Assembly (NCBI GenBank): GCA_018609055.1
Contig: JABAYJ010000009.1
Span: forward strand, 17,343 to 81,342
Direction of reading: 5' to 3'
Source: Flavobacteriales bacterium
GTDB taxonomy: Bacteria > Bacteroidota > Bacteroidia > Flavobacteriales_D > CAJJDF01
DNA length: 64,000 nucleotides
The translations under genes were made by a program, and so were the position numbers. Below the pieces are notes generated by a model that was not told the origin of the DNA, did no database searches, and worked only from the letters and a program-made list of their open reading frames with translations. Positions 48,102-57,454 of the stretch are shown piece by piece. Position 1 is the first letter of the stretch. The number at the start of each line of letters is the position of its first letter.

Positions 48102-48608
48102 ATGATTGTACTCACCACAGAAAGATTAATATTACGTGAGTTTGAACTCACTGATGCTGAAGCTATGTTTAACTTAAATAGTGATGAAGAAGTATTGAGA
48201 TACACTGGAGACAAACAATTTGAATCGATTGAAGATGCTAATAATTTCTTTAAAAACTATCCAGATTACGAGAAAAATGGATTTGGAAGATGGGCATTAG
48301 TTACCAAAGGAGATAAAGAGGTTATTGGTTGGTGTGGCTTAAAAAAGCATGAAGACAATACGGTAGATATTGGTTACCGAATTTTCAAAAACCAGTGGAA
48401 TAAAGGCTATGCTACAGAAGCTTCAATAGCTTGTTTGGAGTATGGTTTTCAGGTTTTCGAACTAGATGAAATTATTGCGAATGCTGCAACTGAAAACAAA
48501 GCATCCATAAGAGTGATGGAGAAGATAGGCATGGAGTTTCAACAGAATATGGCCTGCGAAGGAATTGAAGATGCAGTGAGATATATAAAAAAGAATAACT
48601 TATTATAA
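48102..48608 (+). CDS. GNAT (RimJ/RimL-type) acetyltransferase
   Basis: TERLILR, GWCGL, WNKGYATEA, NKASIRVMEKIGM. Confidence 0.9.
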   Translation: MIVLTTERLILREFELTDAEAMFNLNSDEEVLRYTGDKQFESIEDANNFFKNYPDYEKNGFGRWALVTKGDKEVIGWCGLKKHEDNTVDIGYRIFKNQWNKGYATEASIACLEYGFQVFELDEIIANAATENKASIRVMEKIGMEFQQNMACEGIEDAVRYIKKNNLL

Positions 48609-48620
48609 TCTAAAAAAAAT

Positions 48621-49298
48621 ATGGAAAATTTACCTTGGTATTTACCAGCTTTGTTTATCGTTTGCACACTTTATACGTTCATCCTGTTAGTGTTAGCGTC
48701 CAATAAAAAAAGAAATGTAATGATTATTTCTCTTGTTTGGATAGGACTACAAAGTATAGTTTCTTATTCTTTGTTTTATACTGATACTACTACAATTCCA
48801 CCAAAGTTTATTTTAGCCATGATGCCGGCATTACTATTTATAGTGTTCTTGTTTATCTCCAATAAAGGAAGGAGTTACATTGATACATTAAACTTAAAAG
48901 TAATGTATTTGATTCATGTAGTTCGAATTCCTGTGGAATTTGGTTTATATGGGGTGGCAATATATAAAGCCATTCCAATGCTAATGACATTTGAGGGTGT
49001 GAACTTCGATATTTTTGCAGGAATTACTGCTCCGTTAATCATCATGGGATATTTTTACAAAGATTGGTTTTCTAACTCTTTTGTATTGCTCTGGAATTTA
49101 TTGTCTACTGCCTTACTTGTAACAATTATTGTAAACGCAATTACTTCGGTACCTTATCCAATTCAAACACAAGCATTTGATCAGCCTAATGTGGCTATTT
49201 TGCACTTTCCTTATGTTTTATTGGCTAGTTACATAGTTCCAGTTGTTTTATTCTCTCACTTTGTTGCTATAAAACGTGCTTATACCGAATTTAAATAA
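48621..49298 (+). CDS. Hypothetical multi-pass membrane protein
   Basis: Several hydrophobic segments; RIPVE, GVNFDI, QPN motifs. Confidence 0.75.
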   Translation: MENLPWYLPALFIVCTLYTFILLVLASNKKRNVMIISLVWIGLQSIVSYSLFYTDTTTIPPKFILAMMPALLFIVFLFISNKGRSYIDTLNLKVMYLIHVVRIPVEFGLYGVAIYKAIPMLMTFEGVNFDIFAGITAPLIIMGYFYKDWFSNSFVLLWNLLSTALLVTIIVNAITSVPYPIQTQAFDQPNVAILHFPYVLLASYIVPVVLFSHFVAIKRAYTEFK

Positions 49299-49325
49299 AA
49301 CTATCATTACCTCGTTTATCCTATT

Positions 49326-50162
49326 ATGAAAGCATTTAAAATAATAATTATCGTTACTCTTTCTCTTTCGTTTGGAAGTCTAACTTCATTGAGCCAGTTT
49401 AAGAAATACGGAGGGAAGAAGAAGCTAGAAAAAATGAGGTCTTTTGTTCAATCAATGGATTATCAAGGATGGTATTTTTCTCCAGGAATTACGTTAACTC
49501 CAAAGATGAATATATTCAAATATGAACCAACATTAACAGCTAATGGTTTAACTGCAGTTAATTTACAGCAGCAGAGCAAAGTAGGATTATACTTAGAGGT
49601 AGGAAGGTATAACTTGTTAAGCACAACAAAGTTGATTAGTTATATTGATTACGGAATTGCTTACAAGATGCTTAGAGCTGGACAAACGTATGATTTAGAA
49701 CAAAATGGAGTTTCTATCGGAACTAGTTACACTCAAAGTTTTCAGAGTCATGCTGGGTTAGCACATTTTAATGCAAATAATGTATTGGCAATTAATAAAA
49801 ATATCTTTTTTCAGAATACGCTAGGAGCGAATGTAGATTATCAGTTTTCTCAGAAAATAGAATCAACTGATAACACTGGTTTTACAGAATCTTACCAAGA
49901 AAATCCTTCTAAATTGGTAGCTCAATTGCATTACAAATTTGGAATAGGAGTAAGGATAGGAAAGCAATTGTATGCTATTCCTTCGGTTGAAGTTCCTTTG
50001 TTAAATGGATGGCAATGGGAAAACGGGCGCTCAACTTTTGGGGCTTTTAATTCTCGTTACCGACCAGTTGTAATTTCTATACGATTTGCATGGCTTACAA
50101 CACCAGATTGCCCAAGAGTATGGGATAATGATAGTTCAACCGAGAATGGTGGGGGAATGTAA
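49326..50162 (+). CDS. Hypothetical exported, probable outer-membrane beta-barrel protein
   Basis: Signal peptide and alternating aromatic beta-strand pattern. Confidence 0.6.
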   Translation: MKAFKIIIIVTLSLSFGSLTSLSQFKKYGGKKKLEKMRSFVQSMDYQGWYFSPGITLTPKMNIFKYEPTLTANGLTAVNLQQQSKVGLYLEVGRYNLLSTTKLISYIDYGIAYKMLRAGQTYDLEQNGVSIGTSYTQSFQSHAGLAHFNANNVLAINKNIFFQNTLGANVDYQFSQKIESTDNTGFTESYQENPSKLVAQLHYKFGIGVRIGKQLYAIPSVEVPLLNGWQWENGRSTFGAFNSRYRPVVISIRFAWLTTPDCPRVWDNDSSTENGGGM

Positions 50163-50165
50163 TCA

Positions 50166-50513
50166 ATGAGTAATTCGTCTGACATATTAATCAATACTTT
50201 AGAACAATTTCTTACTGCTGAGTTTGAAACTTTACGAACTAAAGGTGTGAAATTAGATTTAAAGAATATAATTCCAAAAGCAATTATAGCTTTGAATAAG
50301 AATATGTTTGTGAAAGGAAAATTCTACAAAGGAGATTTATTAATGACTGTCTTGGTTATTGAAGAGGAATTCTGGAAAGAGAATCCCAATCATTGGAATA
50401 CATTAATTGAAATTCTAAAAAACCAAAAAGACAAAATCAAAGACCAACAAGCTTCATTCGAGATGAAAGGTGATTGGTATGAGAAGATTGAGAGGTTTAA
50501 TAAAATCATTTAA
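50166..50513 (+). CDS. CdiI-like immunity protein (orphan, divergent)
   Basis: IIPKAIIALNKN..G.FYKGDLL..VL.I...FWKENP. Confidence 0.55.
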   Translation: MSNSSDILINTLEQFLTAEFETLRTKGVKLDLKNIIPKAIIALNKNMFVKGKFYKGDLLMTVLVIEEEFWKENPNHWNTLIEILKNQKDKIKDQQASFEMKGDWYEKIERFNKII

Positions 50514-50625
50514 ATAGGTCCTGTTTTTACCGTTTAAAAACTAAATTACACCCTCTGCTAATTAGTTTCTATTGTAATAGTGTTAGGTTTTAATTTTATG
50601 GAAAACATAATTTAAAACAAATTTC

Positions 50626-52125
50626 ATGAAAAAAACACTACTCACATTTATTACACTTTTATTTATTGTTCATTCTTTTTCGCAAGGGATTGTGTATGTG
50701 GATATAGATGCCACTGGAACTAATAACGGAACAAACTGGGTAAATGCCTACAATGATCCCAAAGATGCATTCGATAATGCTATTATTGGAGATAAAATTT
50801 GGATTGCAGAAGGAACTTATGTTTGTCAGGATACTGCTCGATCAGCAACTTTTATTTGGTTGGTAGATTCTATATCTGTTTATGGAGGTTTTAACGGTAC
50901 AGAAACGGTATTAACCCAAAGAGATTGGAGAAACAATCCTACTATTTTTTCTGGAGAAATTCAGGGTGATAATGATTTAACAAATAACTCATTCACTGTA
51001 CTATCTGGACCAGATGGAACAACAGGTTTGCCAATTAATTATTCTTTAATTGACGGTATTACTATAAGTGATGGTTATGCAACAACAGTAAATGCTGCAG
51101 GAACTCAATTATATAGATGGGGAGGAGGATTTTTTCTTTCAGGAAACGTAAGAAAAATAGATATGAATAATTGTTCTTTTCTTAATAATCATGCTTTAGC
51201 AGGGGGAGCTATGAATGTTTCTCCATCTGGTGTAGCTGCTGAATTGAATATAACGAATACTAGGTTCGAAGGAAATGTTGCTAGTACCGCTTCAGTAATT
51301 TGGGTTGCGGCAAGACAATATAAAAAGCCAACAATTACAATCGAAAATTCTTTATTTATCAAAAATATAAATAAAGATTTGGGAGCTAATACGTCTGGAG
51401 GAGTATTTTACTTTAGTACTAACTATTCACATTCTACTGTACATATAAATAACAACACGATTACAGAAAATGCAGATAGTAATTCTTCTTCAACAAGATC
51501 AGTGTTTTTATTATCCCGATTTAGCTCTGCATCTATGACCGATTTAACAGTGAAAAACTCTATTATTTACTATAATCCATACTTTATTGCTACTGTACGT
51601 AATTTTTCTTCTTCTAATTTTTTCTTTGCTGCAGATTTTTATAATTGTATTTCAAACTTAAATAGTTATACTGTTACTACTACTTTAGATAAGGTATACA
51701 CTCATAATCCATTATTTGTAAACATAGCAACTGGTGATTACACTTTGCAATCTACATCTCCTGCAATAGATTCTGGAACACAAGTTGGATTAACTGTTCC
51801 GTTATATGATTTTGGTGGTAAACAAAGAATATATGGGTCTCAAATAGATTTAGGTTGTTACGAATATTTTCAGACTTTCGCGAGTATTAGTGAGAATGTA
51901 AATGATTTGGAGGTTTCAGTTTATCCTAACCCTACTAGTAATTTATTGAACTTCACATCTAATCATGAAATAGATTTGATAGAAATCTATGATCTTTCGG
52001 GGAAAAGAATTAATTCGTTTGTCAATACTAAAAGTATCGACATCAGTAATTATAATTCGGGTGTTTATATTGTTAAAATATTTTCAGATGAAAATGTTGC
52101 AACCAAAAAAGTAATTAGAAACTAA
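50626..52125 (+). CDS. T9SS type-A CTD protein with beta-helix/pectin-lyase-like body
   Basis: VYVDIDATGTNNG.NW, IWIAEGTY, SPAIDSG, DLGCYE; CTD VYPNPTS..IYDLSGK..GVYIVKI. Confidence 0.85.
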   Translation: MKKTLLTFITLLFIVHSFSQGIVYVDIDATGTNNGTNWVNAYNDPKDAFDNAIIGDKIWIAEGTYVCQDTARSATFIWLVDSISVYGGFNGTETVLTQRDWRNNPTIFSGEIQGDNDLTNNSFTVLSGPDGTTGLPINYSLIDGITISDGYATTVNAAGTQLYRWGGGFFLSGNVRKIDMNNCSFLNNHALAGGAMNVSPSGVAAELNITNTRFEGNVASTASVIWVAARQYKKPTITIENSLFIKNINKDLGANTSGGVFYFSTNYSHSTVHINNNTITENADSNSSSTRSVFLLSRFSSASMTDLTVKNSIIYYNPYFIATVRNFSSSNFFFAADFYNCISNLNSYTVTTTLDKVYTHNPLFVNIATGDYTLQSTSPAIDSGTQVGLTVPLYDFGGKQRIYGSQIDLGCYEYFQTFASISENVNDLEVSVYPNPTSNLLNFTSNHEIDLIEIYDLSGKRINSFVNTKSIDISNYNSGVYIVKIFSDENVATKKVIRN

Positions 52126-52256
52126 TAGGAATAGCTGTTTTTTTTAGGATTCCCGCTTTTAGTTTGTCTTTTGAGATAAATTGAAAGTGGGAATTTTTTA
52201 TTGAATATGTTTTAAGTTGTAATAAGATGCTGCCCGATCTAACTACTTTGAAAATG

Positions 52257-53174
52257 TTACTTCAGCCCCAATATTTGAGGTAATTTTCTAATTAAAGCCA
52301 TTTCTTTAAACTCTTCACGAGCTTCTTTTGCTGGACTTCCTAAATAGGTTTTTCCTTCTTCCATGTTCTTCAAAATCCCTGCTTGACCAAGAGCTGTTGA
52401 ATTCTTATGTAGAGTTAAATTAGCTGGAATTCCTACTTGACCCCAAAGAGTAACATTGTCTTCAATAGTAACACAACCAGCTATTCCTACTTGTGCCGCA
52501 AATCGGCAATGTTTACCAATTACTGTATCGTGACCAATATGGACTTGTCCGTCAATTTTGGTTCCTTCTCCAATTTTTGTAATTCCGCTTACTCCTTTAT
52601 CAATACTGCAAGAAGCACCAATTTCTACATGATTATCAATTTGTACCGAACCACAAGAATGTAGTTTATTGTGCGAACCCTCTTTGGTTTGGAAGTAAAA
52701 TGCATCACCTCCAATAACAGTGTTTGCATGGATAATTACATTTTCGCCAATAACAGTATTGCTATAAATAACCACTCCAGGATAAATGATAGAATTCTTT
52801 CCGATTTTCACATTATCTCCTAAAGACACATTAGGAAATAACATAACCGATTCGCGAATTTCTTGGTTCTTTCCGCTCCATATTTCTACTGGGCTAAAAT
52901 GCTCAGTCAACTTATTAAAATCTCTAAATGGATTCTCCGAAATGATTAATGCTTTTCCTTCTGGGCAATCTACTTCTCTGTCAATAAGGATTGTTGTAGC
53001 TGCCGAAGTAAGCGCTTTTTCGTAATACTTTTCGTTATCCACAAACACCAAATCACCTGCTTCCACTTGATGAATCTCATTTATCCCTGTTACCAAAAGG
53101 TCAGGATTACCAATGAATTTACAATCTATAAGGTTAGCTATCGCTTTTAGGTTATGGGAGTAAGGGAGTTTCAT
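52257..53174 (-). CDS. lpxD: UDP-3-O-acyl-glucosamine N-acyltransferase (LpxD-like)
   Basis: Hexapeptide repeats, IDKG, VHIGHD, QVGIAG. Confidence 0.85.
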   Translation of the reverse strand: MKLPYSHNLKAIANLIDCKFIGNPDLLVTGINEIHQVEAGDLVFVDNEKYYEKALTSAATTILIDREVDCPEGKALIISENPFRDFNKLTEHFSPVEIWSGKNQEIRESVMLFPNVSLGDNVKIGKNSIIYPGVVIYSNTVIGENVIIHANTVIGGDAFYFQTKEGSHNKLHSCGSVQIDNHVEIGASCSIDKGVSGITKIGEGTKIDGQVHIGHDTVIGKHCRFAAQVGIAGCVTIEDNVTLWGQVGIPANLTLHKNSTALGQAGILKNMEEGKTYLGSPAKEAREEFKEMALIRKLPQILGLK

Positions 53175-53231
53175 TAATTGGAGTATTTAAATTGACTTGA
53201 TTTAAAGTTAGGAAATATTTTAGAAACCTTT

Positions 53232-53741
53232 TTAGCTTAAATATTCATCAAATGTTTTGAAAACATTTACTATTTCACTTTTATCATTTATTTCTATATA
53301 ATGATTAGGTCTTTGAACCAATTCTTTAATCAAGTTAGAACTAATTTTATTCTCTTTTAATATATTTTCAATAATTAAACGATTTTCACTTTCAAGAGCC
53401 ATAGTTATAGATACTTCACCATCATCATGACTGCTAAATTCTATGTTATCTTCTAATTTTATAACACAGTCATGAATAAAGTATTGAGGATTACTAATGA
53501 AAAAAGTATTAAAATCTTTAATTGTTTTAAAATTCTCAGCCTTTTTTACATCAATATAGGTATGGTTATTATCGTAGGCTAATACTTCAATCTCTATGAT
53601 TTTTATTGAATCTTCTAAAAGACTTGTTGCTTGTAAAGTTTCTAGATAAGAAAAATAAAATTTCTCAATATTATCAAAAGGTTTGCTATAATGTAAAAGG
53701 TCAAATTTAGGGACTTGATTTTGATCAATAATATCTTTCAT
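53232..53741 (-). CDS. Hypothetical protein, very AT-rich
   Basis: 169-aa open frame, no recognised motif. Confidence 0.6.
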   Translation of the reverse strand: MKDIIDQNQVPKFDLLHYSKPFDNIEKFYFSYLETLQATSLLEDSIKIIEIEVLAYDNNHTYIDVKKAENFKTIKDFNTFFISNPQYFIHDCVIKLEDNIEFSSHDDGEVSITMALESENRLIIENILKENKISSNLIKELVQRPNHYIEINDKSEIVNVFKTFDEYLS

Positions 53742-53753
53742 GAATCAAAATTT

Positions 53754-56198
53754 CTATCTCAAACTAGCTCCAAGTTTCGTTTCCAATTCCCCTTGAATTT
53801 TAGTCATTATCTTTTCAATTTGCTTATCTACCAAAGTTTTGTTTTCATCTTGAAACAAGAAACTCACTGCATATGATTTTTTATCTGAATCTATGTTTTT
53901 TCCTTCGTAGATATCAAATAACCCAATTTCTTTCAAAATTTTTCTGTCAACTCTTGAAGCAATTTCTTCTATTTCTTCAAACTTCACTTTCTTATCTATC
54001 AGTAAAGATAAATCTCTTCGAGAAGAAGGGAATTTAGCTAAATCCTTGTACTTAGTTTTGTTCATCATCATTAATTGCAACACACTGTCCCAATTAATTT
54101 CTGCATAATACACAGGTTGTTTAATTCCAAAATGAGCCAACACTTTTTTACTTACTCTTCCGTAATCAGCCACTGGCTTTTTATTGATAGAGATTGCTAT
54201 ACCTTCAGTCAATAAGGAGTTTTTAGTTGCATTCGTCTGAGAGTTTTTCAAAATCCCTAACCTATTCAAAGTATTAAGTACTTTTTTCTTAATAGAGAAA
54301 AAGTCAACATCCTTTTTAGCTGTATTGTCCCAGCTTTCTGAGTTTTCTTTACCAGTAACAAATAAACTTATTACTTGGTTTTCTTCGTAACCAGATTCGT
54401 ATTTGAAATACGTTTTACCAAACTCATACAACTTCAAATCACTATTCTTACGATTGATGTTGTAAATGATAGATTCCATTCCATTAAATAGTAACGACTG
54501 ACGCATTACATCCAATTCACTACTTAATGGGTTAAGCATACGCACAGCATACTCAGGATTTATCTTTTTCGATTCAAATTCGGCTAAATATCTTGATTTA
54601 GATAGCGAATTAGACATGATTTCTGCAAAACCAGTGTCACTTAACCTATCCGAAACTAAGTTGATTAAAACTCGTGAATCGTTCTTTTCTCTGTAAGTGA
54701 TAGAAGTATTCAACTTCTCAGGAACAGGTACATTATTAAATCCGAAAATTCTCAGTACTTCTTCTGTAATATCAGCCTCTCTTATAACATCATTCCTAAA
54801 TGCAGGAACTTCTAATACTAAATCATTTCCGTTTTTAGAAAGAGTTTTGATGTCTAAATTATTCAAAATAGAATCAATCGTTTCTGTAGGTATTTCAGTT
54901 CCAATTAATCTGTTGCAATTGTCGTAGTTGAATTCCACTTTGTGGTTTTCTATAGAAGTAGGGTAGGACTCTTGAATTTCAGATGAAATATTTCCTCCAG
55001 CAATTTCTTTAATCAATAAAGCTGCTCTTTTCAAAGCATAAACTACTGTCTCTGGGTCAATTCCTCTCTCAAATCGGAAAGAAGCATCCGTATTTAATCC
55101 ATGTCTCTTGGCTGTTTTACGAACTGATACCGGATTGAAATAGGCACTTTCTAAAAAGATAGAAGTAGTTGATTCGCTCACACCAGATTTTAATCCTCCA
55201 AAAACCCCTGCAATACACATTGGTTCTTCTGCATTGCAAATCATTAAATCTTCCTTGTGCAGTTCTCTTTCTGCCTCATCTAGTGTAGTAAATTTTTGTT
55301 TGTCAATAGCTGTTTGCACAACTACTTTGTTGCCTTTAATCTTGGCAGCATCAAATGCGTGAAGTGGTTGTCCTAATTCGTGTAATACATAATTAGTAGC
55401 ATCTACTACATTGTTGATAGGAGCTAGCCCAATCGATTGTAATCTTTTTTGTAACCATTCAGGCGAATCACTAATTGTAATCCCAGAAAGAGTTACTCCT
55501 GCATATCTTGGGCAGGCTTCAGTATTTTTAATGTCAATTGAAATTGGTAAATCTGTATTGTCAATTTTCCAATCTTGGATAGATGGAGAACAACAAACAG
55601 CTTCTTTTGGTAAAATCTCTTTGTGTTTTAACGCTACCATCAAGTCTCTTGCAACACCAAAGTGGCTCATTGCATCAGCTCTGTTTGGTGTTAGTCCAAT
55701 TTCAAAAACTGTATCATTTTTTAAATCAAAGAAATCAGCAGCTGCAGTCCCAACTTTAGCATTGGAATCTAATTCCATTATTCCGCTTCCATCTTTCCCT
55801 AATCCAATTTCGTCTTCCCCACAAATCATCCCAAATGATTCTTCTCCTCTTATTTTAGATTTTTTAATTTTAAAAGTCTCCCCATCTTCTGTGTTCAAAA
55901 TTGTTCCTACAGTTGCAACAACAACCTTTAGTCCTTCTCTTACATTGGGTGCGCCACAAACAATACTAAGCGTTTCTGAGCCAATATTTACCTTAGTTAA
56001 TTTTAAAGTGTCAGCACCAGGATGCTTTACAGCTTCTAGTACTTCACCAATAACTAATCCTTGTAATCCACCTTTTATAGCTTCTACAGTTTCTACTTTT
56101 TCCACTTCCAAACCAATGTCGGTAAGTATCTCCGAAGTTTGCTCAGGAGAGGTAGTTAGGTTTAGGTAGTCATTTAGCCAGTTGTAAGAAATTTTCAT
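53754..56198 (-). CDS. pheT: Phenylalanine-tRNA ligase beta subunit
   Basis: MKISYNWL, IVCGAPN, LTPNRAD, RFERG, FDX-ACB C-terminus. Confidence 0.97.
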   Translation of the reverse strand: MKISYNWLNDYLNLTTSPEQTSEILTDIGLEVEKVETVEAIKGGLQGLVIGEVLEAVKHPGADTLKLTKVNIGSETLSIVCGAPNVREGLKVVVATVGTILNTEDGETFKIKKSKIRGEESFGMICGEDEIGLGKDGSGIMELDSNAKVGTAAADFFDLKNDTVFEIGLTPNRADAMSHFGVARDLMVALKHKEILPKEAVCCSPSIQDWKIDNTDLPISIDIKNTEACPRYAGVTLSGITISDSPEWLQKRLQSIGLAPINNVVDATNYVLHELGQPLHAFDAAKIKGNKVVVQTAIDKQKFTTLDEAERELHKEDLMICNAEEPMCIAGVFGGLKSGVSESTTSIFLESAYFNPVSVRKTAKRHGLNTDASFRFERGIDPETVVYALKRAALLIKEIAGGNISSEIQESYPTSIENHKVEFNYDNCNRLIGTEIPTETIDSILNNLDIKTLSKNGNDLVLEVPAFRNDVIREADITEEVLRIFGFNNVPVPEKLNTSITYREKNDSRVLINLVSDRLSDTGFAEIMSNSLSKSRYLAEFESKKINPEYAVRMLNPLSSELDVMRQSLLFNGMESIIYNINRKNSDLKLYEFGKTYFKYESGYEENQVISLFVTGKENSESWDNTAKKDVDFFSIKKKVLNTLNRLGILKNSQTNATKNSLLTEGIAISINKKPVADYGRVSKKVLAHFGIKQPVYYAEINWDSVLQLMMMNKTKYKDLAKFPSSRRDLSLLIDKKVKFEEIEEIASRVDRKILKEIGLFDIYEGKNIDSDKKSYAVSFLFQDENKTLVDKQIEKIMTKIQGELETKLGASLR

Positions 56199-56270
56199 TG
56201 GGTATAAAAGTCTTTGGTTTTATAGGATATAAAGATACGAGAGATTGAAGAATTTACGAGAGTTTAGAGC

Positions 56271-56305
56271 AAAAAAAAACCATCAGCTATCGGCTAATGG
56301 TTTTT
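56271..56305 (-). terminator. Intrinsic terminator after rpsT
   Basis: AAAAACCAT.AGC/GCT.ATGGTTTTT stem with 9-A tract on + strand. Confidence 0.7.
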
Positions 56306-56324
56306 CAAATAATTTAAAAACTAA

Positions 56325-56576
56325 TTACAGTTTGTTCACTTTAATTGTCAAACTTGATTTCAAGTTAGCCGCTTTATTTTTGTGAATCACATTTCTTTTA
56401 ACCAAGTTGTCAAGGATACTTACAACTTTAGGTAAGAAAGTAGTTGCCTCTTTCTTATCTTCCATTCCTCTCAATTTTTTGATTGCAGTTCTAGCAGATT
56501 TATGGTAATACTTATTTCTAAGTCTTCTTACCTCTGTTGATCTGATTCTTTTCTTAGTTGACTTGTGATTAGCCAT
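56325..56576 (-). CDS. rpsT: 30S ribosomal protein S20
   Basis: [24 protein letters not shown]. Confidence 0.97.
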   Translation of the reverse strand: MANHKSTKKRIRSTEVRRLRNKYYHKSARTAIKKLRGMEDKKEATTFLPKVVSILDNLVKRNVIHKNKAANLKSSLTIKVNKL

Positions 56577-56608
56577 AATTTGTTTATTTATTTAGTTAAA
56601 AACTATAG

Positions 56609-56680
56609 TAGCCCGTAGGGGAATCGAACCCCTCTTACAGGAATGAAAATCCTGGGTCCTAGCCGATAGACGAACGGGCC
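56609..56680 (-). tRNA. tRNA-Glu(TTC), CCA not encoded
   Basis: GGCCCGT acceptor stem; CAGGA-TTTTCAT-TCCTG anticodon arm; GGGG-TTCGATT-CCCC T arm. Confidence 0.95.
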
Positions 56681-56711
56681 AAAATGTCTCCCAATTGTTG
56701 TTTTGGGATTG

Positions 56712-56719
56712 CAAATTTA
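56712..56719 (-). promoter_or_regulatory. -7 promoter element (TAAATTTG) for tRNA-Glu/rpsT
   Basis: Exact TAnnTTTG ~30 nt upstream of the tRNA. Confidence 0.65.
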
Positions 56720-56758
56720 GAACAATTTTTTAATTACAAAAAAATATTCGGGTTTTTT

Positions 56759-57445
56759 TTACTTTACTTTTACATCAGTAGTAAATTGGAAGCCCATTCT
56801 TTTACCAGTTTTAAGCTGAATAGAGTCTCCAGTTGTCTTTACTTGATGTACAGAAACTTCGCTAACTTGCTCGTATAAAGGAGCGTAAAGGTCGAAATCA
56901 AGAATATGTATCATTAGGTTTTCAATAATATCTTCCATGAATTCTGGATTGAAAATTAATTTTTCAAATTCAGTATATAGGAATCCCATTTTTCTTTTTC
57001 CTTCAGTAATAAAATGGTTCTCAGAATTGATAAAAATCCTACCAACTAAATATCCCGTATCATTTATTCGGTTAAACCTGAAAGAATCAGCAAGAAAGTT
57101 GTAGACATTAATAATTCCTGTAAAACCTCTTTTTTCATCTTCTCCCAAGTAAGGAGTCTTCCAAATAGAATGATTTTCATCAAACTTAAAGACATTAGAG
57201 TGTAAATTGAATATTAAAATATCTCCAGCTAAAGTAATGTGAAATTCGTATTTACTTTTTTCTAAATAGTCGATTACAATTCTATTGTCTTTGTCTTTTA
57301 CCTTGTCTTTTAGTTTTTCTACCAAGTTAAAAGCAACTTTTTTCATTTCTTGAAACTGTTCAACAGTGTTCTTGAAAATATCTTGTTTAAGTGTTGCTTT
57401 ACTACATAGAATTCCTGCAATTTGGTCTAATTCTGTTTTTTCCAT
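56759..57445 (-). CDS. Hypothetical protein between proS and tRNA-Glu/rpsT
   Basis: 228-aa ORF; HSNVF, INVYNFLADSF, DFDL motifs. Confidence 0.75.
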   Translation of the reverse strand: MEKTELDQIAGILCSKATLKQDIFKNTVEQFQEMKKVAFNLVEKLKDKVKDKDNRIVIDYLEKSKYEFHITLAGDILIFNLHSNVFKFDENHSIWKTPYLGEDEKRGFTGIINVYNFLADSFRFNRINDTGYLVGRIFINSENHFITEGKRKMGFLYTEFEKLIFNPEFMEDIIENLMIHILDFDLYAPLYEQVSEVSVHQVKTTGDSIQLKTGKRMGFQFTTDVKVK

Positions 57446-57454
57446 GGTGTTATT

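Noticed and set aside
55411-56169. 252-aa + strand ORF
   Set aside because: Lies wholly antisense to pheT; Ser/Ile/Pro-rich shadow composition, no motifs
56609-56759. tRNA-Glu as an island integration site
   Set aside because: Flanked by rpsT and a proS-linked gene; no integrase or duplicated tRNA 3' end seen
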